64,000 bases of DNA from a virus. The translations under genes and the position numbers were made by a program. Location of the stretch: the IMG/VR virus record IMGVR_UViG_3300020465_000009, positions 6,978 to 70,977 of that record; one strand, written 5' to 3'. Positions 7,622-18,700 of this stretch are shown piece after piece; position 1 is the stretch's first letter; each line of letters opens with the position of its first letter. The notes below the pieces were generated by a model. That model was not told the DNA's origin and did not search any database. It saw only the letters and a list, made by a program, of their open reading frames with translations.

Positions 7622-8630
7622 CCAAATCATTATAGATTGCTGTTAATATATTTTTGTCATATGTTTCAGAATCTACTCCTTGTAGTTGTGATATAACAAT
7701 TTGATCTACGGAATCAAATTTTTGCACTTCAACGTTTGGTTGTTGTGCCTGGTCAATTTGTTCAGGAATCAACTGTAATTCTCTTAATTGATATTTCTCT
7801 ATAAATGTTTCTCTTATAAAATTTGCTTCTTCGTATGAAATTTTTATATCTAAAGTAACTCTCACATACATTTTTGCTTTTAGGTATTTGTCTGGATCAG
7901 CAAGTAGTTCACTTATTTTAATTGTGATATATCTTGGCATATCCGGCCAGTTGATATATTTTGGCTTTTGTCCATATTCTATAATCATCATGCCTCTATC
8001 ATCATCCCAAGCATCTGCGTAGTTGTGTGGAAATGCGTTACCCATGTAAGTTACATTTGCGTTTTGTTGCCTTTTGTGGAAGTGTCCAGTGAATACTTCG
8101 CCACAGTTTTTAAAATGTTCTGTTTTAATTGTGCCAACGTCTGGCATCTCTACCATTGCATTCATTTTAAAATATGGAAGTTCAAAATGTCCAAATACAT
8201 ATTTTTGATTCATACTTGCAATTTTTTTGTATTCATCGCCAACGATCCATGGAATTATTGCAACGTCATCCTCAACTATCCATTCATTTACTATGTGTAT
8301 GTTTGGTATATTTCTTATAAACTCCATGGAGTTTATTTCTCTTTTTTCTCTGTAAAACAAATCATGATTGCCCATGATCACATACACTTTTTCAAATGCT
8401 TGTCCTAATCTTTCCATGTTTGAAACTGTGTAGTTCATTGTGGAAACATTTGTTGATGATCTGTGGTGGTGCCAGTCGCCTAGAAATATACAAGTTTCAC
8501 AACCTTGTGCTTTGGCTTGTTCAATAAACCAATAAATGAATTCTTCACAGTCGTCATTGTGTACACGACTGTTTCCTTTCATCCCAAAGTGTATGTCAGT
8601 GAAACAAGCAACTTTTTTAAAAAATGCCAT
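7608..8630 (-). CDS. gp47: recombination endonuclease subunit, Mre11/SbcD-like (T4 gp47)
   Basis: Metallophosphoesterase motifs DIHFG, LGD, GNHD, GHFH; adjacent to gp46. Confidence 0.92.
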   Translation of the reverse strand: MAFFKKVACFTDIHFGMKGNSRVHNDDCEEFIYWFIEQAKAQGCETCIFLGDWHHHRSSTNVSTMNYTVSNMERLGQAFEKVYVIMGNHDLFYREKREINSMEFIRNIPNIHIVNEWIVEDDVAIIPWIVGDEYKKIASMNQKYVFGHFELPYFKMNAMVEMPDVGTIKTEHFKNCGEVFTGHFHKRQQNANVTYMGNAFPHNYADAWDDDRGMMIIEYGQKPKYINWPDMPRYITIKISELLADPDKYLKAKMYVRVTLDIKISYEEANFIRETFIEKYQLRELQLIPEQIDQAQQPNVEVQKFDSVDQIVISQLQGVDSETYDKNILTAIYNDLDVNN

Positions 8631-9610
8631 TAGTACCTTTTTTTGATTGTTGGTTTATGCTTACTGATATCAAGAGTTTTGTAACCAACCTCCTCAAAAT
8701 TTTCTTTTGTCAATTTTCCAGTTTTTTTCAATGCTTTATTCAGTTTAGCAATACCTGTTTTATTTACAGTCTTAACTTCGCCGTGTGCATTTTTCATTCT
8801 GTCTTTGTAGGTGATTGTCTGTGTGGTGTTATTTTGTTGTCTAGTAAATGACGGCATCATATTATTTTGCTCTAACAAGTCGTCTCTGATGTTTTGATTT
8901 TTCTTTTCTATGTTTAGAATTCTTGTAAAACTGTTTGTTATAGCGGCAGTATAATATGCAAATGGATTCTCTGACTTGCTTTCGTCAAACTGTAAACCAA
9001 TTTGTGATAATTGCATCAATGCTTGTGATTGCATTTCGTCGTTGTATGTGTAACCTCTCCAGTTTGATCTTGTGCCATAACGTTCGCAAAGTTTCATAAA
9101 CATCATTGCTAAACTGTTTGTAATTTTTCCATGGTCGCAAGAGAAGTGACCATTACTCATTCCGCCAATCCAATGCGATTTGCCAACACATTTTGGTTTG
9201 CCTTTCTTGTCCAGTCTATAATGTTGGAATGGAGGAAAGTTTACTTTTGTGTGCCTATCGGATTCTTGTTTTGGATTCTTTTTACGTTCAAGGTCTTCCG
9301 GGATATGCTCAAAAGACATTACCCTAAACACCAAATCTGTTTTGTCAATTTTTCTTGTTGATACAGTATAATCCTGCATCTTAATTTTTTTCAATCCAGA
9401 TTCTTTTGCTTCTTCCCAGGCTTGTTGCGTTAATTTTTTTGCTTTATTTTTCCTTGCGTTTGCTATTGCAGATGCATTGATTTTTTTGATACTAGGAACA
9501 ATCAAATCATAGGAAGAATCTTCTTTTTCCACGTATGAACAATATGTGTTTTTGCTGGCGTGTATTTGCGCCAATAAATCTCTGTTGTTTAGATACTTTA
9601 CTCTTTTCAT
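8630..9610 (-). CDS. gp55: late-transcription sigma factor (T4 gp55-like)
   Basis: YLNN.DLL..I, NWRGYTY.DEM...A, FD..KS.NPFAYYT...NSF.R....EK motifs; T4-like synteny with gp47/gp46. Confidence 0.8.
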   Translation of the reverse strand: MKRVKYLNNRDLLAQIHASKNTYCSYVEKEDSSYDLIVPSIKKINASAIANARKNKAKKLTQQAWEEAKESGLKKIKMQDYTVSTRKIDKTDLVFRVMSFEHIPEDLERKKNPKQESDRHTKVNFPPFQHYRLDKKGKPKCVGKSHWIGGMSNGHFSCDHGKITNSLAMMFMKLCERYGTRSNWRGYTYNDEMQSQALMQLSQIGLQFDESKSENPFAYYTAAITNSFTRILNIEKKNQNIRDDLLEQNNMMPSFTRQQNNTTQTITYKDRMKNAHGEVKTVNKTGIAKLNKALKKTGKLTKENFEEVGYKTLDISKHKPTIKKRY

Positions 9611-9677
9611 AATTTTCCTAATGTTAATGTGTAAAAACCAGTGCCGTAAGGGAATTAAATGCGCCTATAATTGTGCC

Positions 9678-9685
9678 TATAAATA
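9678..9685 (+). promoter_or_regulatory. T4-type late promoter TATAAATA
   Basis: Consensus in the divergent intergenic region, upstream of the structural operon. Confidence 0.7.
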
Positions 9686-9726
9686 TGTTTTAAGTATACA
9701 AAATTATACAAGGAAGAGCAACCGAA

Positions 9727-10572
9727 ATGGCAGACAACTTTATAGGAAAAGCAATAGAGACAGGTTCAAACATTTATAACCGAACCATAGGTAGACTATT
9801 GGGCGCCGGCATCGGTAAAGATTTTAAGATAGCACAGGCCCAAGCAACATGGGTAGGAAGATCTGCAGGCGAAAAGGATTGGAGAGTAAAATTAACTTTA
9901 CCACCAATGTCAGATCTTAGACACGAATTTTTTAACAACAACGCACTTCTTAGACCGTTACAAGACGCAGGTGGATTTCACTGGCCTCTTACACCGTCTA
10001 TGGTTATACAGCACACTGCAAATTATAATGCATTGGCTCAAACACACAGCAACTATCCTTTCCAGGCTTATCAAAATTCACAAGTTGACCAATTAAACAT
10101 CATTGGTGAGTTTCCTGTACAGAATACAGAAGACGCAAGGTATTGGGTCGCAACGATAAATTTTTTACGTGGCATCACTAAAATGTTTTTTGGAAAACAA
10201 ACAATGGGGCAGGACAACTACAAAGGCAATCCGCCTCCAATAATGCACTTGAATGGATATGGAGATCATATGTTTAGAAACGTTCCTGTAATAGTAAACA
10301 CATTTAACGTTGAACTTAGAGCAGGTACAGATTACATTTCTACAAACGACGATGTGTACAGTGCAAGATCAACCAACACAGAAGTCGCAAGTTTAGTTAG
10401 AAAAGGAATTATAGAAGACAACGAAATATCGGCTACATGGGCACCAACATTATCAAACATATCAGTTCTAGTAACTCCTATCTACTCTAGAGATACAATT
10501 GGTAGATTCAATTTACAAAAATTCATGCGTGGAGAACTGAACGGTAAGGGCGACGAAATAGGATTTATCTAA
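9727..10572 (+). CDS. baseplate/tail tube initiator-like protein (gp48/gp54-like)
   Basis: P.TP......ANY...THSNY...YQNS and G.PPP...LNGYG motifs; first gene of the baseplate cluster. Confidence 0.55.
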   Translation: MADNFIGKAIETGSNIYNRTIGRLLGAGIGKDFKIAQAQATWVGRSAGEKDWRVKLTLPPMSDLRHEFFNNNALLRPLQDAGGFHWPLTPSMVIQHTANYNALAQTHSNYPFQAYQNSQVDQLNIIGEFPVQNTEDARYWVATINFLRGITKMFFGKQTMGQDNYKGNPPPIMHLNGYGDHMFRNVPVIVNTFNVELRAGTDYISTNDDVYSARSTNTEVASLVRKGIIEDNEISATWAPTLSNISVLVTPIYSRDTIGRFNLQKFMRGELNGKGDEIGFI

Positions 10573-10871
10573 TGGCAAAATATTCAAGAACATCTCCTTA
10601 TTTTGAAACAGACCAAAATAAATTATATTTAGATCTATTAAAGCCTAGGACTATCACAGCCGAAGCAGACGACGAAACATATACAATCGAAAGAACCTAT
10701 GCTTATAGACCTGATCTACTTGCATTTGACTTATATGGTACACCAAGACTTTGGTGGGTATTTGCACAAAGAAATGCCGACGAAATTGAAGATCCTATCT
10801 ATGATTTCAAACCAGGCACAGTAATAAGATTACCAAAGCCAGAAAATGTCAAAGCAGATCTAGGATTATAA
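10572..10871 (+). CDS. gp53: baseplate wedge subunit, LysM-like (T4 gp53-like)
   Basis: YRPDLLAFDLYG...LWWVF..RN...DPIYDF..G..I.LP. Confidence 0.75.
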   Translation: MAKYSRTSPYFETDQNKLYLDLLKPRTITAEADDETYTIERTYAYRPDLLAFDLYGTPRLWWVFAQRNADEIEDPIYDFKPGTVIRLPKPENVKADLGL

Positions 10872-10872
10872 G

Positions 10873-13080
10873 ATGGCAGAAAAAAATATCCTACATAAAT
10901 TTGCATCTTATAATTGCTTGTTCACGATTTCATCTTGCAACGACAAAGAATTACAAAACAGATCATACTTCAAGAATCCATTGAAAAACATAGTGGCAAG
11001 GTCTGGAGGTATAAGTGACGCAGAAGTTTCTGCCAATCAGTTGGTAGCGGAGGCCGAGGCGGCGAGGGCAAATCAGGATATACCGGCATTGGCACGTCAA
11101 AAAGTTTATGATGACAAAATGGTTTACATCAAAGACAGACAGATATCGGAAAAAGTTTTAGAAAAAGGCAGAGATATATTCATTGAGAACGTCAATATAT
11201 TAAGCACAGCAAGTCCAAGTTTTGAGCGTAACCTAGGTACTTTTACAAAGATAGATATGGCATTGGTCGAACCATATGGAATAAGCCTGATTGAAAAATT
11301 ACGTGGAGCAACCGCAAAAGAAGGTTATATAGATTATCTTGATGCACCAATGTTGCTTACCTTACAAATTAAAGGACAAGACGAAAACGGAAATTTCACA
11401 ACAACAAAAGAAGAAACAATCACAAGAAAAATTCCTATATTAATTGCTAGGGTAGAATTTGATGTAACGGAGTCAGGTACAGAATATAGATTAGAAGCAC
11501 TTCCTTACTGCGAAATGGGATATGATGATAGGTTTAAATTTCCGAGAAGAGATGTACAAGCCTTCATTCCGCATGGTGGCACATATCAAGACTGGGCCGA
11601 TTCGGTAGAATTTGCTATCAACAGTTCAGGAAATGCAGACGAAACTGCAAGGTCACAAATGGATGTGGAAATAGCAGAATCAACTAGGAAGTTGCCAGAC
11701 GTGTACAAATTTCACCTGCACCCAGAACTTAGGGGCAAATTAACATATGATAAAATGTCCAAAGAACAGATCAGAGCAGAAGGAACACCATTGAGTGATA
11801 ATAAAGAGTTTGCAGAACTAATCGATGGAGCGTCAAAGGTACCACCTTACAAAGGAGGTGCACAAAAAGGAATAACGCATAAGTTCAGCGATTCTTTTCC
11901 TCAAGCAATAGAAAATATTGTGCAACTATCAGACTTCTATAGAGAAGTATTAGAAAATTGGACTGAAAAATTTGCAACTGCCCAAGGAATATCCACTACG
12001 ATTGCTCCCAACACTCCGTTTGCCAGAGACAAAACAACAAAGGAATTAATTGGTGATCTTAAAAAATTGAAACCAACAGATGATGTAAAGTCGTATGCCA
12101 GACAAAATCAATTTGTGGACTGGTTTAGAATAGTAGTGACCGTTTCGCAAGAAACAGGTACAGCAAATTTTGATCCAATCACTCGTATGCATCCAAAAAC
12201 AATTAATTACACAGTGGTGCCTTATAAGGTTCACATCAATAAATTTTTACAACCAGGATTGCATTTAGCAAAACCAAAAGATGTGGAAAAAAATGTAAGA
12301 AAAAATTACAACTATATCTTTACTGGAGAAAACCTTGATGTGTTAGGATTCAATATAAACTACAAAGCGGCATTCTTTGTGCGTAATGTTAGACCCACTT
12401 ACAAAACCGATCAGGAAAAAGGCGGATTGGACAATAAAAAAGATTCAAACTCATGGTTCTCAGAATTAGTAGGGGGAAATAAATCAGATCAATATAACTT
12501 AAAAACCTTGTCAGAAGAAACTAAACTTCCTTTCAACCTTAGAGGAGCACCTTCCAATATAAAAAGTAAAAATGCAGTAGACGAAAGTGTGCCTCCGAGA
12601 ATGTCAGCATTCATGGACTATCTAACAAATCCAGATGCAGATATGCTTCAACTGGACATGGAAATTTTAGGTGACCCTGCATACATATCAGAAGATTCTT
12701 TTGATCCATCTTTGCAAAATGCATTCAAACCAGTGGATTCGGATTTCGATCTAGGCAAACAGCAATTTAAATATAATAGTTATATGCCAATTATAGGATT
12801 AAATTTTAGATTTCCTGGAGATCCACAGGAACAGAAAGGTGTATATTTTGATAGACCTGCACAAAATACTGACACATCTGGAATGATGTTTAACGGTTTA
12901 TACCAATTGGTTAAAGTGGACAGCAAATTTGAAGGCGGCAAGTTCACACAGGACTTGAGACTGGTGAGATTATTGAATCAAGATTCTACAGAAAAAACAG
13001 ATGCTTCACAAGCCAAAGATGTACATAAAATAAATGTCAATGACATAGACCAAGCAGGCAGAATTAGGGGAGGCTTATAA
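10873..13080 (+). CDS. baseplate hub / tail protein (gp27-like)
   Basis: Sits between gp53 and gp5; C-terminal EILGDP and G.Y....V.S.F.GG.FTQ.L.L.R motifs. Confidence 0.6.
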   Translation: MAEKNILHKFASYNCLFTISSCNDKELQNRSYFKNPLKNIVARSGGISDAEVSANQLVAEAEAARANQDIPALARQKVYDDKMVYIKDRQISEKVLEKGRDIFIENVNILSTASPSFERNLGTFTKIDMALVEPYGISLIEKLRGATAKEGYIDYLDAPMLLTLQIKGQDENGNFTTTKEETITRKIPILIARVEFDVTESGTEYRLEALPYCEMGYDDRFKFPRRDVQAFIPHGGTYQDWADSVEFAINSSGNADETARSQMDVEIAESTRKLPDVYKFHLHPELRGKLTYDKMSKEQIRAEGTPLSDNKEFAELIDGASKVPPYKGGAQKGITHKFSDSFPQAIENIVQLSDFYREVLENWTEKFATAQGISTTIAPNTPFARDKTTKELIGDLKKLKPTDDVKSYARQNQFVDWFRIVVTVSQETGTANFDPITRMHPKTINYTVVPYKVHINKFLQPGLHLAKPKDVEKNVRKNYNYIFTGENLDVLGFNINYKAAFFVRNVRPTYKTDQEKGGLDNKKDSNSWFSELVGGNKSDQYNLKTLSEETKLPFNLRGAPSNIKSKNAVDESVPPRMSAFMDYLTNPDADMLQLDMEILGDPAYISEDSFDPSLQNAFKPVDSDFDLGKQQFKYNSYMPIIGLNFRFPGDPQEQKGVYFDRPAQNTDTSGMMFNGLYQLVKVDSKFEGGKFTQDLRLVRLLNQDSTEKTDASQAKDVHKINVNDIDQAGRIRGGL

Positions 13081-15272
13081 TGGCATACAAAACATCATTT
13101 GGTTTCACAGACACACAAGATAATCAAAAAGATTTTAATGAAAAATTCAAGTCTATTGATACAGGACCATACATAGGACAGGTAAAATACAATGTCGATC
13201 CGTTGAGAATGGGTAGATTGGGAGTTAACATTCCTGCACTAACTAAAGCGGAAAATCCAAAAATGGATGACATAGTGTGGTGCCAGTATCTTTCTCCATT
13301 CGCTGGAGCAAAGCCTTACAAGGCAGTAAGCAGTACTGATCCATTCAAACAAGAAACTAACCAACACTCGTATGGTATGTGGGCAGTTCCGCCAGACATA
13401 GACACATCTGTGGTAGTGATTTTTGTAAAAGGTGAAAATAAAGTAGAATCTGCATTTTGGATAGGTTGTGTGCAAGAGCCAGGCACAAACCAAATGATAC
13501 CAGGCATGGGTTCAAACTCAAACAACAGTTTAAGCACAGAGGCGGCCGGCGACATGGGCAGTGGAGATCCATCACAACTTTATGGAACACAACAATTACC
13601 TGTAACAGAAAGAAACAGAAAAGTACAATCTGGAGAAAAAGGAGCATACGACGATTTCCCTTCAAGGAAATATCCTGTCAATGAGGACCTTGCAGATCAA
13701 TTAAAGAAACAAGGACTTATACGAGACCCTGTTAGAGGTACAACAACTTCGAGTGCAACCAGAGAATCACCTAGTGCAGTGTTTGGATGGAGTACTCCGG
13801 GTAGAGTCAGAGGAGACTCACGTGAACTTAATGTTGGCGCACAGGAGGCCAAGACAAAAACAGATAGGCATCACGGTCATTCTTTTGTAATGGATGACGG
13901 AGAAAAAGGTGGAAGCAACCAGTTATTAAGAATGCGTACATCTTCAGGACACCAAATTTTAATGCACGATTCGGATCAAACAATCTACATCAGTCACGCA
14001 TCTGGAAATTCTTACATAGAGATGGACAAAGAAGGAAAAGTCGACATATACTCAGGTATAGGTGGAATCAATATGCGTACTGAAGGCGACATGAATATAC
14101 ACTGTGATGGAAACTTTAATGTCCACGCAAGGAATATGATCAGGATGGCCACTGAAGGTGAGTATGTACAAAGCGGAAAATATTTAATGAACCTTGGACA
14201 CAACGGTGTGTTCACAAGTGCTCAGGAAGGTGGTGTAAGAACATACGGTAAGCAAGGCATCAGTATGTACGGTGCCAGCACAATGATAGGAGCCGGTGGA
14301 TCAGTTCACCTGGCAGGATCGGCAGTGCATTTGAACTCCACTTTCGCTTCAGCAGAATGGGGACCAACATGGCTTACTCCAGAAGCGGCCACAGTAAACC
14401 CAAGATTAGAAAATGATGTTGAACTTACAGTAAAAGGATCAAGCGGACAAGTGGGAATATTGAAACCAGGCACAAGAAAAACAAGAACAACTGTGCATAA
14501 TTTTGTGCATCACGAACCGAGATTTAGATTGTCTGCATTTAATTCTACGACAGGACCTTGGAACGATTCTGAGTACACAACAAAAGCAAGAACTCCAGGC
14601 ACTAAAGAATTTATAGAACAGAGAAACAGAGAGTCTGACATAGAGTCTATTAAATTAGGACAACTACAGGCAGATGCTCTTGCTTACGCAAAATGGAAAA
14701 TGGGTAACAGCACAAATGTACAAAAGGCTTCCGAGGCATTAAAATTATTCAGTCAAGATTATAATAAAACATATAATATATCAAATGTACTGAAAACTGC
14801 GGCACCATTTATTCCTGACAGCAAAAAAGGTGCACTTGTACAAGAAGTAATAGACGTTGTGGGTGATAAAGATTTACAACTATTTGCAAATCAAATATTC
14901 ACAAACGCATCGGGAGATGTCTTTACACTAAAAGGTTCAAAAATTAGTAAAAATTTAAGTTCAATGAACAATGTTATAGGTGATGCAACAAACAACTTGT
15001 CTGCTATAAACAAATCAATCAAAGGTGTTACCAATGATGTATACTCCACTGTCGACGGTGTAGTAGATTTAGAGAACGCGGCATCAATATTCAATGACGT
15101 TTCATCTTTGACACAAACATACACAATGGTCAAATCAGGTAGGATCACAAGTGTAGGACAAGCAAAAATGTTAATAACAAGTGCTGGTAACACAATAAAA
15201 AGTTTATCTAGTGGAATTTCAAATATAGACTTTAAAAATATAGGATCAAAAATTAAGGGATTTTTTAGTTAA
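13080..15272 (+). CDS. gp5: baseplate central spike protein (T4 gp5-like, OB fold plus beta-helix)
   Basis: DPLRMGRL.V.IP, SYGMW.VPPD, GHSFVMDDG, RT.SGHQILMHD and beta-helix repeats; no lysozyme motif recognised. Confidence 0.75.
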   Translation: MAYKTSFGFTDTQDNQKDFNEKFKSIDTGPYIGQVKYNVDPLRMGRLGVNIPALTKAENPKMDDIVWCQYLSPFAGAKPYKAVSSTDPFKQETNQHSYGMWAVPPDIDTSVVVIFVKGENKVESAFWIGCVQEPGTNQMIPGMGSNSNNSLSTEAAGDMGSGDPSQLYGTQQLPVTERNRKVQSGEKGAYDDFPSRKYPVNEDLADQLKKQGLIRDPVRGTTTSSATRESPSAVFGWSTPGRVRGDSRELNVGAQEAKTKTDRHHGHSFVMDDGEKGGSNQLLRMRTSSGHQILMHDSDQTIYISHASGNSYIEMDKEGKVDIYSGIGGINMRTEGDMNIHCDGNFNVHARNMIRMATEGEYVQSGKYLMNLGHNGVFTSAQEGGVRTYGKQGISMYGASTMIGAGGSVHLAGSAVHLNSTFASAEWGPTWLTPEAATVNPRLENDVELTVKGSSGQVGILKPGTRKTRTTVHNFVHHEPRFRLSAFNSTTGPWNDSEYTTKARTPGTKEFIEQRNRESDIESIKLGQLQADALAYAKWKMGNSTNVQKASEALKLFSQDYNKTYNISNVLKTAAPFIPDSKKGALVQEVIDVVGDKDLQLFANQIFTNASGDVFTLKGSKISKNLSSMNNVIGDATNNLSAINKSIKGVTNDVYSTVDGVVDLENAASIFNDVSSLTQTYTMVKSGRITSVGQAKMLITSAGNTIKSLSSGISNIDFKNIGSKIKGFFS

Positions 15273-15284
15273 TAAATATTTTAT

Positions 15285-15701
15285 ATGGCATACGTATCAA
15301 GCACAAACACAGGTGGAAGTCAAGGAAACAGAGTTACCTTTAGGGGTTTCAGTAGCAAAGCATCTGAGGCCAATTACAAATTGTATGATTTCGAGTGTGC
15401 TAAACAAGATCTGCTCAACAGACTTACTATACGTAAGGGAGAAAGAGTTGAGAATCCAGAATTTGGCACAATCATATACGATTTGTTGTTTGAACAGTTT
15501 ACAGATTCTCTCAAAGAAGCAGTCACAGACGATATAACGCAAAATTTGAACGCCGATCCTCGTATAGGAGTTGAGGAAATAAGAGTAACTGAAGCAGAGC
15601 ATGGCATAGCGATTCAGGCATCAATACGTTATGTACCGTTAGATATCACAGAAAAAATGCAGTTTATCTTCACTGAAGATATGGCAAACGATCTAATATA
15701 A
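15285..15701 (+). CDS. gp25: baseplate wedge subunit (gp25/GPW family)
   Basis: KQDLLN...RKGERV.NPEFGTIIYDLLFE...DPR. Confidence 0.88.
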   Translation: MAYVSSTNTGGSQGNRVTFRGFSSKASEANYKLYDFECAKQDLLNRLTIRKGERVENPEFGTIIYDLLFEQFTDSLKEAVTDDITQNLNADPRIGVEEIRVTEAEHGIAIQASIRYVPLDITEKMQFIFTEDMANDLI

Positions 15702-15721
15702 TATACGCATATTATTAATAC

Positions 15722-15729
15722 TATAAATA
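15722..15729 (+). promoter_or_regulatory. T4-type late promoter TATAAATA
   Basis: Consensus upstream of the gp6-like gene. Confidence 0.65.
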
Positions 15730-15743
15730 TCGTTGTATACGAT

Positions 15744-18700
15744 ATGGCCACAACAGATAGACAAAACAGATTACTTGTAGCGGAAGATTGGACAAAGATC
15801 TACCAGGCTTTTCAACAGGCTGATTTCAAATCTTATGACTTTGAAACACTGCGTAGAACAATGGTCAATTATCTGCGTGAAAATTATCCTGATGATTTCA
15901 ACGATTACGTAGAAAGTTCAGAATATGTTGCGTTGCTTGATCTGATTGCCTATATCGCTCAGGCACTTGCATTCAGAGTTGACCTCAATGCTAGAGAAAA
16001 CTTTTTAGCAACTGCCGAAAGAAGAGATTCTATTTTAAGATTAGCACGTTTAATCAATTACAATGTAAAAAGAAATCAACCAGCAACAGGATTGTTAAAA
16101 ATTGATACTGTTACTACCACAGAAGACGTAAGAGATTCAACAGGAAATAATTTAGCAAACCAAACAATCGTTTGGAACGATTCTATTAACTCTAATTACA
16201 GAGAACAGTTCATTTCTATCATGAGTGCGGCAAACACCACAGGACAAACTTTTGGAAAACCAAGAGAAGCAGGTAACATCGGTGGAATACAAACAGACAT
16301 TTACACATTATCATCAAATCAAACAGATTTGCCTCTTTTTAAATTTACAAAAAATATTGGTGGTGTTAGTAGGAATTTTGAAGTGGTCCCGTCAGCAATT
16401 ACAGGATCAGAATCAATATTTGAAAATGAGCCAATTGTGGGAACTGGTTTAACTTATGCTTACAGACAAGACGGCGCAGGAGATTCATCAAACAACACAG
16501 GGTTCTTCTTTTTGTTCAAACAAGGAAATATATCGTTCCAAGATTTTTCAATTGAAAACTCTACAACAAATTTAACGCAACCTATCGGAGCACAAAATAT
16601 CAACAATTCAGATGTGTGGTTATACAAACTAGACGACTTGAATCAAATATCAGAAAAATGGACACAGGTTCCTTCACTTTCAGGAAACAACGCCATATAC
16701 AATTCATTATCAAAAAACGTAAGAAATATTTACAATGTAATTACTAGAGATGGTGATGCCATTGATTTAGCATTTGGTGATGGAAACTTTTCCAATATTC
16801 CATTAGGAAATTTTAGATGTTACTACAGAACAAGTGATAATGAAAAATTTTCAATTACACCTTCTGATATGCAACGTATTAATCTTGCAATTCCGTATAT
16901 TGATAAAAACGGATCACAACAAACACTTACAGTTACAGCATCACTAAAACAAAGTATCTACAATTCAACTGCGTCAGAAAGCAATGATTCTATTAGAGAC
17001 AAAGCACCACAAACATTTTACTCGCAAAATAGAATGGTTACAGCAGAAGACTATCAAGTTGTACCTTTATCTGCATCACAGGAAATTATTAAAGTAAGAT
17101 CCGTAAACAGAACAGCATCTGGCGTTTCTAGACAGAAAGAAATTTTAGATCCTACTGGTGCTTACTCGAGTTTGAGTATATTTGCGGAAGATGGTATTTT
17201 GTACAGAGAAGAAAAAAATAACACTTTTACTTTTACATTCAAAAACAAAAATAATATTTTAGACACCATTAATTCTAAAGTCGAAGCAAAATTAAAATTG
17301 CCATACAGCAGACAGTTTTACTACTTAAAATACGGAACTAAAAATTTAGCAACTTTGTCGGCTACGTGGAATTCAACAACTACAAGCACAAATTTAAACA
17401 CTGGATATTTTACAACAGGCACAGGTGCATTAAAAACAGGAATCTATGCAACATCAAATTTAAAATATGCTAAAGCAGGTTCGTTAATAAAGTTCACTTC
17501 ACCGAACACAAACAAATTCTTAAATGGAAAATTTGTTGCAAGTTCAACAGATAACGCCACTGATAGAGAATGGGCAAAAATAGGCGAAGTAGAAGGTGAT
17601 GGCGCTAATAACGGTACAGGTAATTTGGAGACCGGAGTAGGTCCAATATCACTAACTGACATAATTCCAAACGGTGCTGTGCTTAACGCAGTCATTCCTG
17701 CTTTTACAATAAACTTTACAACTGCTTTGAAAAACGATTTAATTGATAGAGTTAATGCTTATGAAAATTTTGCATTGAGATATGATCAGGAAAACGAAGA
17801 ATGGAAAGTGATTACGTCTACAAATGTTAGTACAAGCACAGTATTTGGTTTAGGTAACGCAGGATCAACTACAGGTACAAATTTAGATCAAAGTTGGTGG
17901 TTTAATTTTACAAATGACGGCAATACATACACAGTTACATACAGATCACTAGATTACATATTTGAATCCGAAAAACAAAATAAATTTCACTATGATGTTG
18001 AAGAAAAAATTTACGATTATAAAACTGGACTAGCAGTAAAAGACACTGTAAAACTTCTTAAAACAAACAGTTTAGTATCAACAGGAAATTCAATAGGTTA
18101 TCCTTTACAATGGCAAATTGTAGACACAGTAACAGAAGCAGACGGATACCAGGACAACGCAAAAGTAAAAGTAGGTTTTTACGACGCCGATGATGATGGT
18201 GTTGTTGACAATCCAGAATTATTTGATATTTGTGTAGAACCTGACACTTCGCCTACCACAAAATTTGTCTTTTTCGAAAAATATCTTTCGTACAATAATA
18301 TAGAAAGATTTAGACCATATGCGGCAACAAACTTTGTTGTAGCAGAAAAAGAAGCAGACATTACATTAAGTTCTGCAACTTATTCAAACGATCAGTTATT
18401 TTATTTTTATGATCAAGCGGAAGACGTTGTGAAAAAATACAATTCAACAACAAACACTTTAACTACAACAACAGATTATTATGGCAGACGTGGAAGAAGC
18501 AGTCTGTTATTCCAATACAAACATAATGCAGGGCAAGAAACAAGAATTGATCCAAGTGTTTCAAACATAATTGATTGTTATATGCTTGAAAGATCTTATG
18601 ACAACCTATATAGAATATGGTTACAGGACGGCGGAACAAAACCAACTCCAAGCACACCTGACCAATTGAGAATAAGTTATTCCGGATCTTTGAATCCTTT

